Below are positions 28,991-37,680 of a stretch of DNA of 48,888 nucleotides, one piece after another. This stretch comes from a virus. Its lineage: Duplodnaviria > Caudoviricetes. The position numbers and the translations under genes are program-made. The stretch is taken from positions 1 through 48,888 of the IMG/VR virus record IMGVR_UViG_3300025322_000039. One strand, 5' to 3'. Under the pieces are notes generated by a model that saw only the letters and a list, made by a program, of their open reading frames with translations, was not told where the DNA came from and did no database searches. Each line of letters begins with the position of its first letter. Position 1 is the first letter of the stretch.

Positions 28991-30155
28991 TTAAAGCGTC
29001 TGTCGCATTTCCTTCAACCCCTTTGCATATTACCTCTCCCATTTTCTCCCATGTAGCTATCATAGTTGATACTCTTTTTTCATCGATTTCACGCCAGAAT
29101 CGTGACATGATTTCTGAAAATTTGACTTTTCCATTTTGATAGACGAAGCGAAATATAGCGTCCATTACATCTGCATCTTCAAGGCGCCCCATACCAGCGA
29201 AAGTTCTACTCATCTTTTCTTCTGTTCTTGTTAAAAGATCATAGGCTCTATTGAAATCCTCCTCTGTAATAACCATATTTCCTTTGCGGGATATGTTCAT
29301 TATCATACATAGTTTAAGGAGGTGAGTCTGTCTGCGCTCTTTATATTCTGAAAGACGTTCTTCATATAATCTTACATCATCCTTTTTATTATTGTACCAA
29401 TTCTCGTAAACTTTACGGAAAGATTTGTCAATTTTAAACCATCCCCTTTTCTCACGCATTTCTCTTAAATCTGAAAGCAAAGCACTTTCAAGTTCCTCTG
29501 AAGGTCTGATGTCCTGTGGGAAGGCGATGTTACGTTCCTTTCCTTCTTCGTAAACGGAGATCACTCGACTCATGAATCCGATTGTTACTGCTTCATCCGG
29601 AATCATGCGTGCAAGCATTCCAGGTTGGGTTCCTCCAATAATGTTGACAAAGGGATTAATAAGAATATCAGCGCCTTGAGTTTCAGTTTCATAGCGCCAT
29701 TTCTCCTCGTCGGTATCAAATAGATCAGTTAAGTCTTTAACAAGTTGAAAGTTATGATGATTGATGAAAACAGTTACTTCTCCTGAAAAGACTGTCATTT
29801 CTGAGATTGGTTTGTTTACTCGGCGATCTATTGAGAGGGATTTTCCTCCAGCTCCAGATGCCGCCATTATAGAAAGGAAGCGGCGCCTTGTCAAAGCTGC
29901 CGGTGCCATAGGTACATTTATTTGGCTTAGCATCTTTCTTCCAGGATTAAGAGCAGTACCCTTACGAGCTCCTGGTGGTCCAACGAGGAAAATGTAAAAG
30001 TTAGGAAAGAGTTTCCTGTCCCATAAAAGTCCAACCTTACGACTTAGAGCAGAAGCAATTACAGACACAGCTACCCATTCCGAATAAATACGAGGAGATT
30101 CGAGATTTGCTGTGTATTCTTTCCATCCAATAATCCAGTCAGGAAGTTTGGTCAT
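28950..30155 (-). CDS. DUF3987-like P-loop helicase/ATPase
   Basis: ESPRIY..W, PNFYIFLVGPPGARKGTA, LTDLFD, IIGGTQP, GFMSR. Confidence 0.75.
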   Translation of the reverse strand: MTKLPDWIIGWKEYTANLESPRIYSEWVAVSVIASALSRKVGLLWDRKLFPNFYIFLVGPPGARKGTALNPGRKMLSQINVPMAPAALTRRRFLSIMAASGAGGKSLSIDRRVNKPISEMTVFSGEVTVFINHHNFQLVKDLTDLFDTDEEKWRYETETQGADILINPFVNIIGGTQPGMLARMIPDEAVTIGFMSRVISVYEEGKERNIAFPQDIRPSEELESALLSDLREMREKRGWFKIDKSFRKVYENWYNNKKDDVRLYEERLSEYKERRQTHLLKLCMIMNISRKGNMVITEEDFNRAYDLLTRTEEKMSRTFAGMGRLEDADVMDAIFRFVYQNGKVKFSEIMSRFWREIDEKRVSTMIATWEKMGEVICKGVEGNATDALIVFNYDNKDEKKS

Positions 30156-30490
30156 AGAAGATAGTTTCTGCTGGATTCTTCATGACAAGCATAGGCAAGC
30201 TCAGCATAGTTTTCGAGATCGACAATCGTGTCAATCAGTGTCTCATTTTGTGGCTTCTTTCCCTGAACGATCAAATTGTTTAGTCTATCCATTTTCATTA
30301 AAACCATAAATAGAGCATAACCAGTTGGATAATGAATATTTATTTCAAGAGCTTTTGCCGCTCCAGAAACTCTCTTGAAATTAGAGAGTACATCTTTCTC
30401 ACTTGCGTAGTCCGAAGACTTTTTACTGAGAATCTCTTGTTTCATTTCTTGAATTAGATTTACTAATCTGTTATACTCTTTTTGATTCAT
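30152..30490 (-). CDS. nucleotide-modification-associated domain 1 (Nmad1/DUF1599, all-alpha NTP-pyrophosphatase-like)
   Basis: KKSSDYA...NF, MKMDRL, ETLIDTIVDLENYA. Confidence 0.75.
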   Translation of the reverse strand: MNQKEYNRLVNLIQEMKQEILSKKSSDYASEKDVLSNFKRVSGAAKALEINIHYPTGYALFMVLMKMDRLNNLIVQGKKPQNETLIDTIVDLENYAELAYACHEESSRNYLL

Positions 30491-33045
30491 TTTATAATCC
30501 CCTTTAATTGTTTGGTAAGTTCATCTTCGTTTTCCATCCTAAGCTCCGTTTGCTCCCCCAAATTCTTTGTCCCAACCGACCATTCGGAAGGAATGACAAA
30601 CTCCCGATCAGCCCAGTGGAGGGGTCGCTCCAACGACCTTTTCATTCTAATCAGGAGGTTTGCCATTCTCTTAGCTCCTAAGTTAATTTTAAGTTGAAAA
30701 TTAATCGAGTCATGAACCTGCCTTAAAAGATCAACATCTTTAAACTCCTCATTGTAATAAAATTCGAGGAGTCCCCAACGATTAATTATTTCTGCCGTAT
30801 TACTTTGAGCGGGGAAGGCGTAGGCTTTCTTGAAAAGCTCGTCTCCCCATCGATCAAAAAATAAAAACTTCCTTCCGAAGCAATTAGTTACTGTTCGATT
30901 TCGGCTAAGTTGTTGTTCTTTAATTTGTAGCTGATAGCCTGAGCGTACGTCAGGATATATCTCATGGTACTTCTGAACAAGGGCAAGTCCTTCTTTTTCA
31001 GTTATTTCAAGCATATAAGAAAATTTCTTATAGCCGAGATCAAAGTTCAATGCATGATTACAAGTCTTTCCCCAGAAACGGTGTGTTTGATCTCCATAGC
31101 CTATCTGGCATTTGATTTGTTCTTTGTCCATTTGCTTGACTTCATCCGCTGGAATGCCGAAGAGTTCGGATGCTGTTAGAGAATGAATGTCAATTCCAGT
31201 CTCGAAGGCCTCAATCATCTTTCTCACGTTTCCGATGTAAGCAACGGAGCGTGCATCCGACTGGCTTAAATCAGCATTGAAAATCAAATTTCCTGGATCG
31301 GCGAGAAAAGCTATGTTCATAGATTTAGGTTGGTTTTGAGCATTGCCTCCATAACCGTCTAAATCTTTAGTAGAAGCAAAACGAGCCATTTCTGTTACAG
31401 GCTTGAAGAAATAATGAAGGCGGTAATGAAAATCGTCGTGTAACGGTGTGTCGTTTTGGGTGACGTTTAACGGTGGTTCGGTAACGGTTGCGCCGTCAGG
31501 CGTGGCGTGTGGTGTCCCGTACGGTTTAAGCTTCATTGTGTAATACCGTGATCTGAAAGTGGACTGGTTACGGTATTGGAGAATGAGCCCCGCTTCCTTA
31601 AATCCACGTCTCTTGAGCCTGACAAGCGCTCCTTCATTAGCCGTAGACTTTCCTCTTTCAAGATAAGGTTTGACCTTTTTTTCTCCATAGAAATATTCTT
31701 TGCATTGTTCGTGAGAGTTAGGATTGAAGTCACGACCAGTCATAATCTCAAGTTCTGTCTGGAGCTCTGTCATTTTAATCTTTGCTTCTTCCGCAAGTTT
31801 GTCAAGCCTTTCCTTGTCTGTTCTCATTCCTCGCCTTCCCATATAAACTGAGGGAATAATAAGTCTCGCCTGTTTTTCATAAGCATCTAAGTTCTTGATA
31901 GACCTAAGATCAGCTTTAATAAGATCAATCGTTTCAAAGCAGACAAGCGCATCACGAGCATTGTATTGCCAATACGTCTTCCAGTCTTGGGGATCACGAA
32001 ACTCTTGCTTTCCCTCATCCTTGTAATAAGGATGTTTTGTGTAAGTCGAAGTTATAAAATCAAGGCCCATTGGATACTCTGGATAAAGAATCCTGTGGGC
32101 AATCATTGTATCTTCTATTTGTCCTTGTGTAATAATTCCAAAATGAGAGAAGATGAATGTTATATCGTAAGCGAGATTTTGCCCTATTTTGGTTATGGCT
32201 TCTGACTTTAAAATCTGAGCAATTAGATTCCACAGCTCGATTTCTTGCTCAACAGTCCAACAGTTTTCATGATTGTAAACAAAAGGGATACTCATCGCTT
32301 CATTGTTCTTGAAACAGAACGCTATGCAAGATACTTCATTCCGAAGAACTTCGATGTCGAAGGATACTTTTTTCTTTGCCGAGCACTTGATAAGGTACTG
32401 CTTGGCTTCGGTAAAAGAAGGCTCAACGATTAATTTCGGATTTGGAACTTTGTAATCTGAAGTTTTCGATTCTTCCTTCGCTCGACCAAAATCATGCTTG
32501 ATAAGGTGATAATCAAGCCAATCTCTTAATGCAGCGGCGGGATGAATGGTTGGTACTATTTTCTTTTGTAAGCCTCCATACCAAAGAATAGAGCCTCGCC
32601 ACTTTGTTATCTGCCCATGTTCAGTAAAAGCCCAAAGAGCAGCATTACCCATTGGGCAGATAACATTACCTTTAAAGTGGCTAAGCTCGTCGAGAAGTTG
32701 TCCTCTATAAACTTCTCCAACTTCTGTAAATCCTGTATCAGCACGCCAAAGAAGCTCGCTTCCTTTGAAATAAAATTCTACATCGGAGTTACCTACCTTG
32801 CGTTTTACCTTACGAATCTCGAACTTAAAAAGATTAGTAAGATATTGATCCTCTCGTCGAAGACTTACTTCTGAAAGAATGAGATTAAATAATCTTCCTG
32901 ATTTTCCAACGAGTGGTTCCCCTTGCAGAATTTCAGTCTTAGCTGGAGCTTCCCCAACGAAGGCGATAGAAGAATCCAACGAGCCTATTGAACCAACCTC
33001 GATGTTACCTGACTTTGGCTTATCCGATTTGAGAAGAGGAATCAA
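30487..33045 (-). CDS. polA: family A DNA polymerase with N-terminal family-4-like uracil-DNA glycosylase and 3'-5' exonuclease domains
   Basis: UDG: FVGEAP, TIHPAAALR; exo: SFDIEV, GQNLAYD, YNARDA; pol motifs A ADLSQSDAR, B RFWGKTCNHALNF, C QVHDSI; start most likely TTG 33045 overlapping the upstream stop (track gives 33135). Confidence 0.92.
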   Translation of the reverse strand: MIPLLKSDKPKSGNIEVGSIGSLDSSIAFVGEAPAKTEILQGEPLVGKSGRLFNLILSEVSLRREDQYLTNLFKFEIRKVKRKVGNSDVEFYFKGSELLWRADTGFTEVGEVYRGQLLDELSHFKGNVICPMGNAALWAFTEHGQITKWRGSILWYGGLQKKIVPTIHPAAALRDWLDYHLIKHDFGRAKEESKTSDYKVPNPKLIVEPSFTEAKQYLIKCSAKKKVSFDIEVLRNEVSCIAFCFKNNEAMSIPFVYNHENCWTVEQEIELWNLIAQILKSEAITKIGQNLAYDITFIFSHFGIITQGQIEDTMIAHRILYPEYPMGLDFITSTYTKHPYYKDEGKQEFRDPQDWKTYWQYNARDALVCFETIDLIKADLRSIKNLDAYEKQARLIIPSVYMGRRGMRTDKERLDKLAEEAKIKMTELQTELEIMTGRDFNPNSHEQCKEYFYGEKKVKPYLERGKSTANEGALVRLKRRGFKEAGLILQYRNQSTFRSRYYTMKLKPYGTPHATPDGATVTEPPLNVTQNDTPLHDDFHYRLHYFFKPVTEMARFASTKDLDGYGGNAQNQPKSMNIAFLADPGNLIFNADLSQSDARSVAYIGNVRKMIEAFETGIDIHSLTASELFGIPADEVKQMDKEQIKCQIGYGDQTHRFWGKTCNHALNFDLGYKKFSYMLEITEKEGLALVQKYHEIYPDVRSGYQLQIKEQQLSRNRTVTNCFGRKFLFFDRWGDELFKKAYAFPAQSNTAEIINRWGLLEFYYNEEFKDVDLLRQVHDSINFQLKINLGAKRMANLLIRMKRSLERPLHWADREFVIPSEWSVGTKNLGEQTELRMENEDELTKQLKGIIK

Positions 33046-33314
33046 ATACGGATTCCTTTTCCACAGACAGGACATATCTTTGCTGCAGCACAGACAGGAC
33101 ATCTTTGTCCGGTGTAGTGCCCATGCATTCCGCAAAGGCGGACATCCTTTATCGCTTCCTTAATGGAATCGATTAGCAAGTGGGCGTTATCGACTCGATA
33201 GAAATCACTGGAAATCTCATCTGTTGGTTTTGTCATAGGTAGCCTGTCTTTTATAATTGACAACGCTTCTCCTATTCTTTCTTTGTTCAATGGTACTTCA
33301 ATTAAAATTTTCAT
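33042..33314 (-). CDS. protein with C-terminal Cys/His zinc-ribbon repeats
   Basis: CGMH...CPVC...CPVC; short tandem duplication CACAGACAGGACAT at ~33062 and ~33088. Confidence 0.55.
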   Translation of the reverse strand: MKILIEVPLNKERIGEALSIIKDRLPMTKPTDEISSDFYRVDNAHLLIDSIKEAIKDVRLCGMHGHYTGQRCPVCAAAKICPVCGKGIRI

Positions 33315-33348
33315 TTCTTACCTCCTTCTGAACTTACTGGTTTACTTA

Positions 33349-33561
33349 CTACAAATTTTTTATCTTTGTTGGGGTATCAAGCGTAATAATTGGAGACATT
33401 TCTGTAGCTATCGCCTGGTAATAAGTAAGCGGCACACGTCCTGGTATTTGGTGAACAACCAGTCCTCCTTGAGGGTACAATCCTTCCTTTGATGCTTCCT
33501 CGATTAACTTTTCTAACTTCCTTGCATCTGTAGAAGATAGAACTTTATATTGAAATTTCAT
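33349..33561 (-). CDS. DUF1737-like small protein
   Basis: YKVL......LE..I......G..PQGG......YYQAI. Confidence 0.6.
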   Translation of the reverse strand: MKFQYKVLSSTDARKLEKLIEEASKEGLYPQGGLVVHQIPGRVPLTYYQAIATEMSPIITLDTPTKIKNL

Positions 33562-33579
33562 TGTGAATCTCCTTTTGTT

Positions 33580-33825
33580 TTAAGTGTACGAAAGAGAAGC
33601 AATAAGATTTTTTATCTTGGAGTTTAATTCTCTCATCTTTACGTAAGATACTATTATATACTTTAACTCCGCTGAAGAAAGTTCATCAATGGTGTGCACA
33701 AATTTTGTATATGATGGAGCGGTGATTTCTTTTTCTTCATCTAAAGTAGTAAATCCCACCCCCAATATTTTTGGTTTTCCTTTGAAAGTTATTGTTAATG
33801 GAGGATTAAAAATTATGTTAAACAT
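33580..33825 (-). CDS. hypothetical protein
   Basis: ATG 33825 has an AAGGAG RBS (track starts at 33873). Confidence 0.45.
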   Translation of the reverse strand: MFNIIFNPPLTITFKGKPKILGVGFTTLDEEKEITAPSYTKFVHTIDELSSAELKYIIVSYVKMRELNSKIKNLIASLSYT

Positions 33826-33826
33826 T

Positions 33827-35305
33827 TCATTCTCCTTTCTTTCCATAATTAGGTGGTACTTCGTTATGAACATTCAAAACATAATCTTCCTTGAATTGCT
33901 CGCTCAGATCGAATCCCTTCCCAACACAGTTATAATTTGCACAAGCAAGTAAGATGTTTCCACTTCCTACACAGGAGCTCACTATGAATGATTCTTCCGG
34001 TACGAAGGTGCAAAGAATTTCTTCATACAACCCAACAGGTTTCTCAAATGGGTTAACTTTCTTTTTCCAATGATTCGGAGCGTGTTTGAAAACATCACTG
34101 TGGGGCTTGTTAAGGCGAGCCTTTCCAGATTTTTTTACATAAAAGAAAGGCTCGATTGAGTGACCAAGAGTATCAAACGGATTATTACTATGTCCGAAGC
34201 CTTCTTTGTACCACTTCCCATGAAAAAATAGTGGCGCTCCTTTTCCTTCCACAGGCTGAGTTGGGATAAATCTTGCCTCGAAAAGCCACTTCTGAATCTC
34301 CCAAAAAAATTCGTAGCCAAACCAAATTATGAGCCATCCGTCAGGACGAAGAACACGATGAGCTTCTGATACATTGGCTTTGAAAATTGTGGGAAACTGT
34401 TCTCGATCAGTTGCCTTGTAAGACTTTCTTGTCTTCGCTTCCTGGAAAGTTTTAGTAGTAGTTATTCTTTCGTTTTCCTCAATCGGATAATGAGGATCAA
34501 ATTCTACAAGATCAATTGATTCAGAATCAAGTTCTTTTAGACCAACTACTGAGTCATTGACGATATACCAATCAGCAATTAAATTTCTAATTTGTGTAGA
34601 TGTTGCATTTTGGTCCGCCTTTTTCATTACCTGCTTTCGTTGATCTCTTTCGACTTGTCTCTCGGCTTCGTATGAAATCCTTTTTAGGTCAGACCACTTC
34701 TTTACGTGCTTTCCGAGTTCCGGTATGGCGTTGAATACTTTCGCCGCTGATATAGCCTCGCTTACCTTTGCCTTTGATTTGCCGAGCATTCGTGCAGTAT
34801 CTTCGAGCGAGTGCCCTTCGCTGGTAGATTGTCCTTTCTTTCTCTGTCCATACAAAGTGACACAAGCCTCGTGGAACTTCTGTATCCCTTTCGCTTCTTG
34901 CTCTGGAGTAAAGTCTGTTCGATCAAGATTTTCCCGAAGCTCAATTGCTATTATTTCATCTGCGCTTAGATCGGGTGGATAAATGGCGACATTGATTTCC
35001 TTCTGATCGAGTTCTTTCAATGCTCTCAGTCTGCGCTCTCCGGCGAGAAGAAAATACTTTAAACCCCCAAATGGATTTTCATATTCCATTACAGTTATTG
35101 GAGTTATCTGACCTCGCTCTGTTAAAGACTCTTTAAACTCTTTCCATTGCTCTGGAGTTTCCTCACCGAGTCCAGAACGTATGCGATCCCCTGGATTGAT
35201 ATCTTTGATAAGTATTCGAGCTACCTTTGACGGAGTTTCAATTCTTCGTTTGTGAGGGACTTCTATTTTGGTACTATTAGGAATTGGTTTTCTTTTCTTT
35301 GGCAT
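33827..35305 (-). CDS. ParB-like (N-domain + HTH) fusion to an atypical N6/N4 DNA methyltransferase domain
   Basis: GQITPITV, LLAGERRLRA, ENLDR, HTH SLEDTARMLGKSKAKVS; MTase DPHY, RVLRPDG, EKPVGL, CVGSGN. Confidence 0.8.
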   Translation of the reverse strand: MPKKRKPIPNSTKIEVPHKRRIETPSKVARILIKDINPGDRIRSGLGEETPEQWKEFKESLTERGQITPITVMEYENPFGGLKYFLLAGERRLRALKELDQKEINVAIYPPDLSADEIIAIELRENLDRTDFTPEQEAKGIQKFHEACVTLYGQRKKGQSTSEGHSLEDTARMLGKSKAKVSEAISAAKVFNAIPELGKHVKKWSDLKRISYEAERQVERDQRKQVMKKADQNATSTQIRNLIADWYIVNDSVVGLKELDSESIDLVEFDPHYPIEENERITTTKTFQEAKTRKSYKATDREQFPTIFKANVSEAHRVLRPDGWLIIWFGYEFFWEIQKWLFEARFIPTQPVEGKGAPLFFHGKWYKEGFGHSNNPFDTLGHSIEPFFYVKKSGKARLNKPHSDVFKHAPNHWKKKVNPFEKPVGLYEEILCTFVPEESFIVSSCVGSGNILLACANYNCVGKGFDLSEQFKEDYVLNVHNEVPPNYGKKGE

Positions 35306-35534
35306 TTTTTCTCTCCTCGAGTAGTTTTATAATAGATTCTATTCTCTTTTCAATCTCTTTTTCTGTCATATCTTCGATGCTTTTAACTTTCTTTGCCCTT
35401 GCTACTTTGCTCTTAACTTTGTTAGTAGATTTCTTTTTGATCTGAAGACGTGATTCTCGAATAGAAAGAATAAGGATTCTTTTCTGTTCGAGAAGAAGAT
35501 TCAAGTATGGAATCTTAAGAGTTTCTAAATTCAT
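35277..35534 (-). CDS. basic hypothetical protein
   Basis: 85 aa, Lys-rich, C-terminal SIEDMTEKEIEKRI helix. Confidence 0.55.
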   Translation of the reverse strand: MNLETLKIPYLNLLLEQKRILILSIRESRLQIKKKSTNKVKSKVARAKKVKSIEDMTEKEIEKRIESIIKLLEERKNAKEKKTNS

Positions 35535-35646
35535 CCTTTAGCAAGCCTCTAAAAATCTAATTTTCTTTCCTTGCTTTTCGGCATTTTCCCATTTCTCATA
35601 CTGATTTAATTCATTCTCAAGACCTTCATCCCTTAATTCAACGCTG

Positions 35647-35922
35647 TTAGGCTTCATCGTGAACAACTGGTAACCCACATTTAGCACATGGATACTCCCC
35701 ACCTTGTCCTTCGGGATATTGTCCACACTTTTTGCATTTATAACCTAAAATAATTTCTTTAGCATCATGCAATCCACATTGATACCAGTAAGTCCAATCT
35801 CTATTATTGCAATCAGCAGATTTTATTTTGTCATCTATTTTTGCAATCACGAAATCCATTATATCCCTTTCTTCTCCGTGAGAATATATTATTTGTTTAA
35901 ACCGCCTAACCACGGGCTGCAC
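35647..35922 (-). CDS. protein with C-terminal zinc ribbon
   Basis: CKKCG...CAKCG. Confidence 0.5.
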   Translation of the reverse strand: MQPVVRRFKQIIYSHGEERDIMDFVIAKIDDKIKSADCNNRDWTYWYQCGLHDAKEIILGYKCKKCGQYPEGQGGEYPCAKCGLPVVHDEA

Positions 35923-36238
35923 GTGACCTTCGGTGCCTTTTTATTTTAGATTGAGGCACCGCTTCCTCATTTAAAATTTTGTGTGCTAATTCGCCATCGG
36001 GTAATTGCGCATAATATCTAAGAACCTTTTCATACTTCCGATTCTTTTTCAGTTCTCGCTTATATGCCAATCTAAATTCTTTTCTGCCATTTACTGCCGC
36101 AATATAAATTTGCGGGCTAACCACCGGCTCCTCATTAGCACAAAACTCACAATACCATATAGTAGTTTTCAAAGAGCTCGAGTATTTTCGAGCAAGTTGT
36201 CTTTCACAAACTGGGCATAAAAATTTTAGTTCTGCCAT
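35906..36238 (-). CDS. zinc-ribbon protein
   Basis: CPVC...CEFC; AAGGAG RBS. Confidence 0.6.
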   Translation of the reverse strand: MAELKFLCPVCERQLARKYSSSLKTTIWYCEFCANEEPVVSPQIYIAAVNGRKEFRLAYKRELKKNRKYEKVLRYYAQLPDGELAHKILNEEAVPQSKIKRHRRSRAARG

Positions 36239-36245
36239 TCTCCTT

Positions 36246-36488
36246 TCACTCGTTTGTTTCGGCTAATAATTCCACATCAAAAATAAATATTTCCTCCCTA
36301 AAAGATTCGTGTTTTGTTCCATCTTCATCTTCCCATTCAATCGGGGGTTTTATTTTGTTTAATGCCTCTATTAATGCATGCAGGGCGTCGCCATCGGTAA
36401 AAATAGTGATTTTATCTTGATATTCCTGCGCGCTCAATTTACTACCTACTTGTTCTCTGTAACTATATTTTATTTGAAAAGCATACAT
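36246..36488 (-). CDS. hypothetical acidic protein
   Basis: 80 aa; AAAAGGAG RBS. Confidence 0.55.
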   Translation of the reverse strand: MYAFQIKYSYREQVGSKLSAQEYQDKITIFTDGDALHALIEALNKIKPPIEWEDEDGTKHESFREEIFIFDVELLAETNE

Positions 36489-36549
36489 TTCAATTCTCCT
36501 TTTGTTTAATTAGTTCTTTTTAACCAAAAGTTAAGCTCCTCGCAATAAG

Positions 36550-36581
36550 ATAGGAGCCAAGCAAACTAACCTGGCTCCTAT
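36550..36581 (-). terminator. hairpin/terminator after the SSB-like gene
   Basis: ATAGGAGCCA...TGGCTCCTAT 10-bp stem; weak U tail. Confidence 0.5.
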
Positions 36582-36594
36582 TGTCAGGGCGAGC

Positions 36595-37104
36595 TTATTT
36601 CTTTTTATCCGGTTCTGGCATTACCCATCGCTTGATAAAATTTCTCGGTTGGTCGAGCTCAACCATCTCGCCATTCCTTCCCTTGTAAAATTCCTCAATT
36701 CCTGCCACTATGAAACCTCTCAGAGTTTTGAATCCAGGAAGCTCGATCGTTTCCATACCTGGCTTCCACTGTGACTCTTTGATATCACCGTGCTGAGTTG
36801 AATTGTAATTCAAAGCAACAAATGCCACTTTGATCCTTTCACCCATAGCTTGCACGGCAAAGTCACTATCTCCTTCTATTGGAAAATATAGTTGCTCAAA
36901 CAGTGGTTTAGCCAGAGGATCATCAGCGATTGCAAGAGTCACATTAATCACAGGGCGCTGTGCTTTACCTTCACTCTCGTCGGTTTCCTCCTGACCTTTT
37001 GTGCTACCAAAGGTAGCTTTAATTACTTTCACTTCATACCTCTCATTTGGTTCAACCAAATGGCGGTCTGGAGTGTTCTTCATAACTGACTGAATAAGAC
37101 TCAT
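36595..37104 (-). CDS. single-stranded DNA-binding protein-like (DUF669-type OB fold)
   Basis: P..RYEVKVIKA, PRNFIKRW; located in the recombination module; AGGAGG RBS. Confidence 0.6.
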   Translation of the reverse strand: MSLIQSVMKNTPDRHLVEPNERYEVKVIKATFGSTKGQEETDESEGKAQRPVINVTLAIADDPLAKPLFEQLYFPIEGDSDFAVQAMGERIKVAFVALNYNSTQHGDIKESQWKPGMETIELPGFKTLRGFIVAGIEEFYKGRNGEMVELDQPRNFIKRWVMPEPDKKK

Positions 37105-37132
37105 ATTGAGTCCTCCTTTTATTATGGGTTAA

Positions 37133-37360
37133 TTATTTAAACCGGCTATAATCTCTCATCCGGTCTATTGGTTTTGGTGTGTTATCATATAATGGAAAAC
37201 TTAAATGTAGGAACTCACAATAAAACTCTGTCTTTGCGAAACTTGATTTGATTAATTTCCATTCATTTCCTTCATCATCCTTTAAAACTCCCGATGTAAC
37301 TCCGTGGTTGATATCTTCCTGTTTGAAGGGTGGAAAGTTATTCTGATTATATTTACTCAT
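37133..37360 (-). CDS. hypothetical protein
   Basis: ATGA-coupled with GGAGG RBS. Confidence 0.5.
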   Translation of the reverse strand: MSKYNQNNFPPFKQEDINHGVTSGVLKDDEGNEWKLIKSSFAKTEFYCEFLHLSFPLYDNTPKPIDRMRDYSRFK

Positions 37361-37680
37361 AATGCCTCCTTCAGTATTAATAATCCCAAATTGTAATAAA
37401 TTTTCTTATTCAAAGATTTTGCAAGTTGCAATTCTATATCCGCTCCCTTCGATTTTCCCTCCAAACGAAGAAAAATATCACACCGCTTTACCCATTCTAA
37501 ATCCACTTCCAACCATTTCTCATATGGTTGTGGATGTACTATATGTAAAAAGTGTGATAACAAAGGAGCATAAGGAACTAATCCATATCCAATTAAATCT
37601 GATGCTGCATCTATTTGTCGTTTTACATTGACTGCTATGTCTCCTTCTGAGTAGGGCGAGGCAATATAAACTGTTTTCAT
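37357..37680 (-). CDS. nucleoside 2-deoxyribosyltransferase-like protein (DUF1937/DUF4406 type)
   Basis: VYIASPYS, PYAPLLSH, DLEWVKRCD, SKGADIE...A. Confidence 0.75.
   Translation of the reverse strand: MKTVYIASPYSEGDIAVNVKRQIDAASDLIGYGLVPYAPLLSHFLHIVHPQPYEKWLEVDLEWVKRCDIFLRLEGKSKGADIELQLAKSLNKKIYYNLGLLILKEAL

Noticed and set aside
31425-31530. Intein or self-splicing intron in polA
   Set aside because: Too short, in frame, and lacking Cys/Ser-start and His-Asn-end motifs or recognisable group I/II structure.
30487-33135. DpoZ / 2-aminoadenine (Z-genome) or deazaguanine system
   Set aside because: No PurZ, DatZ, DpdA or Que-type genes are recognisable in the window.
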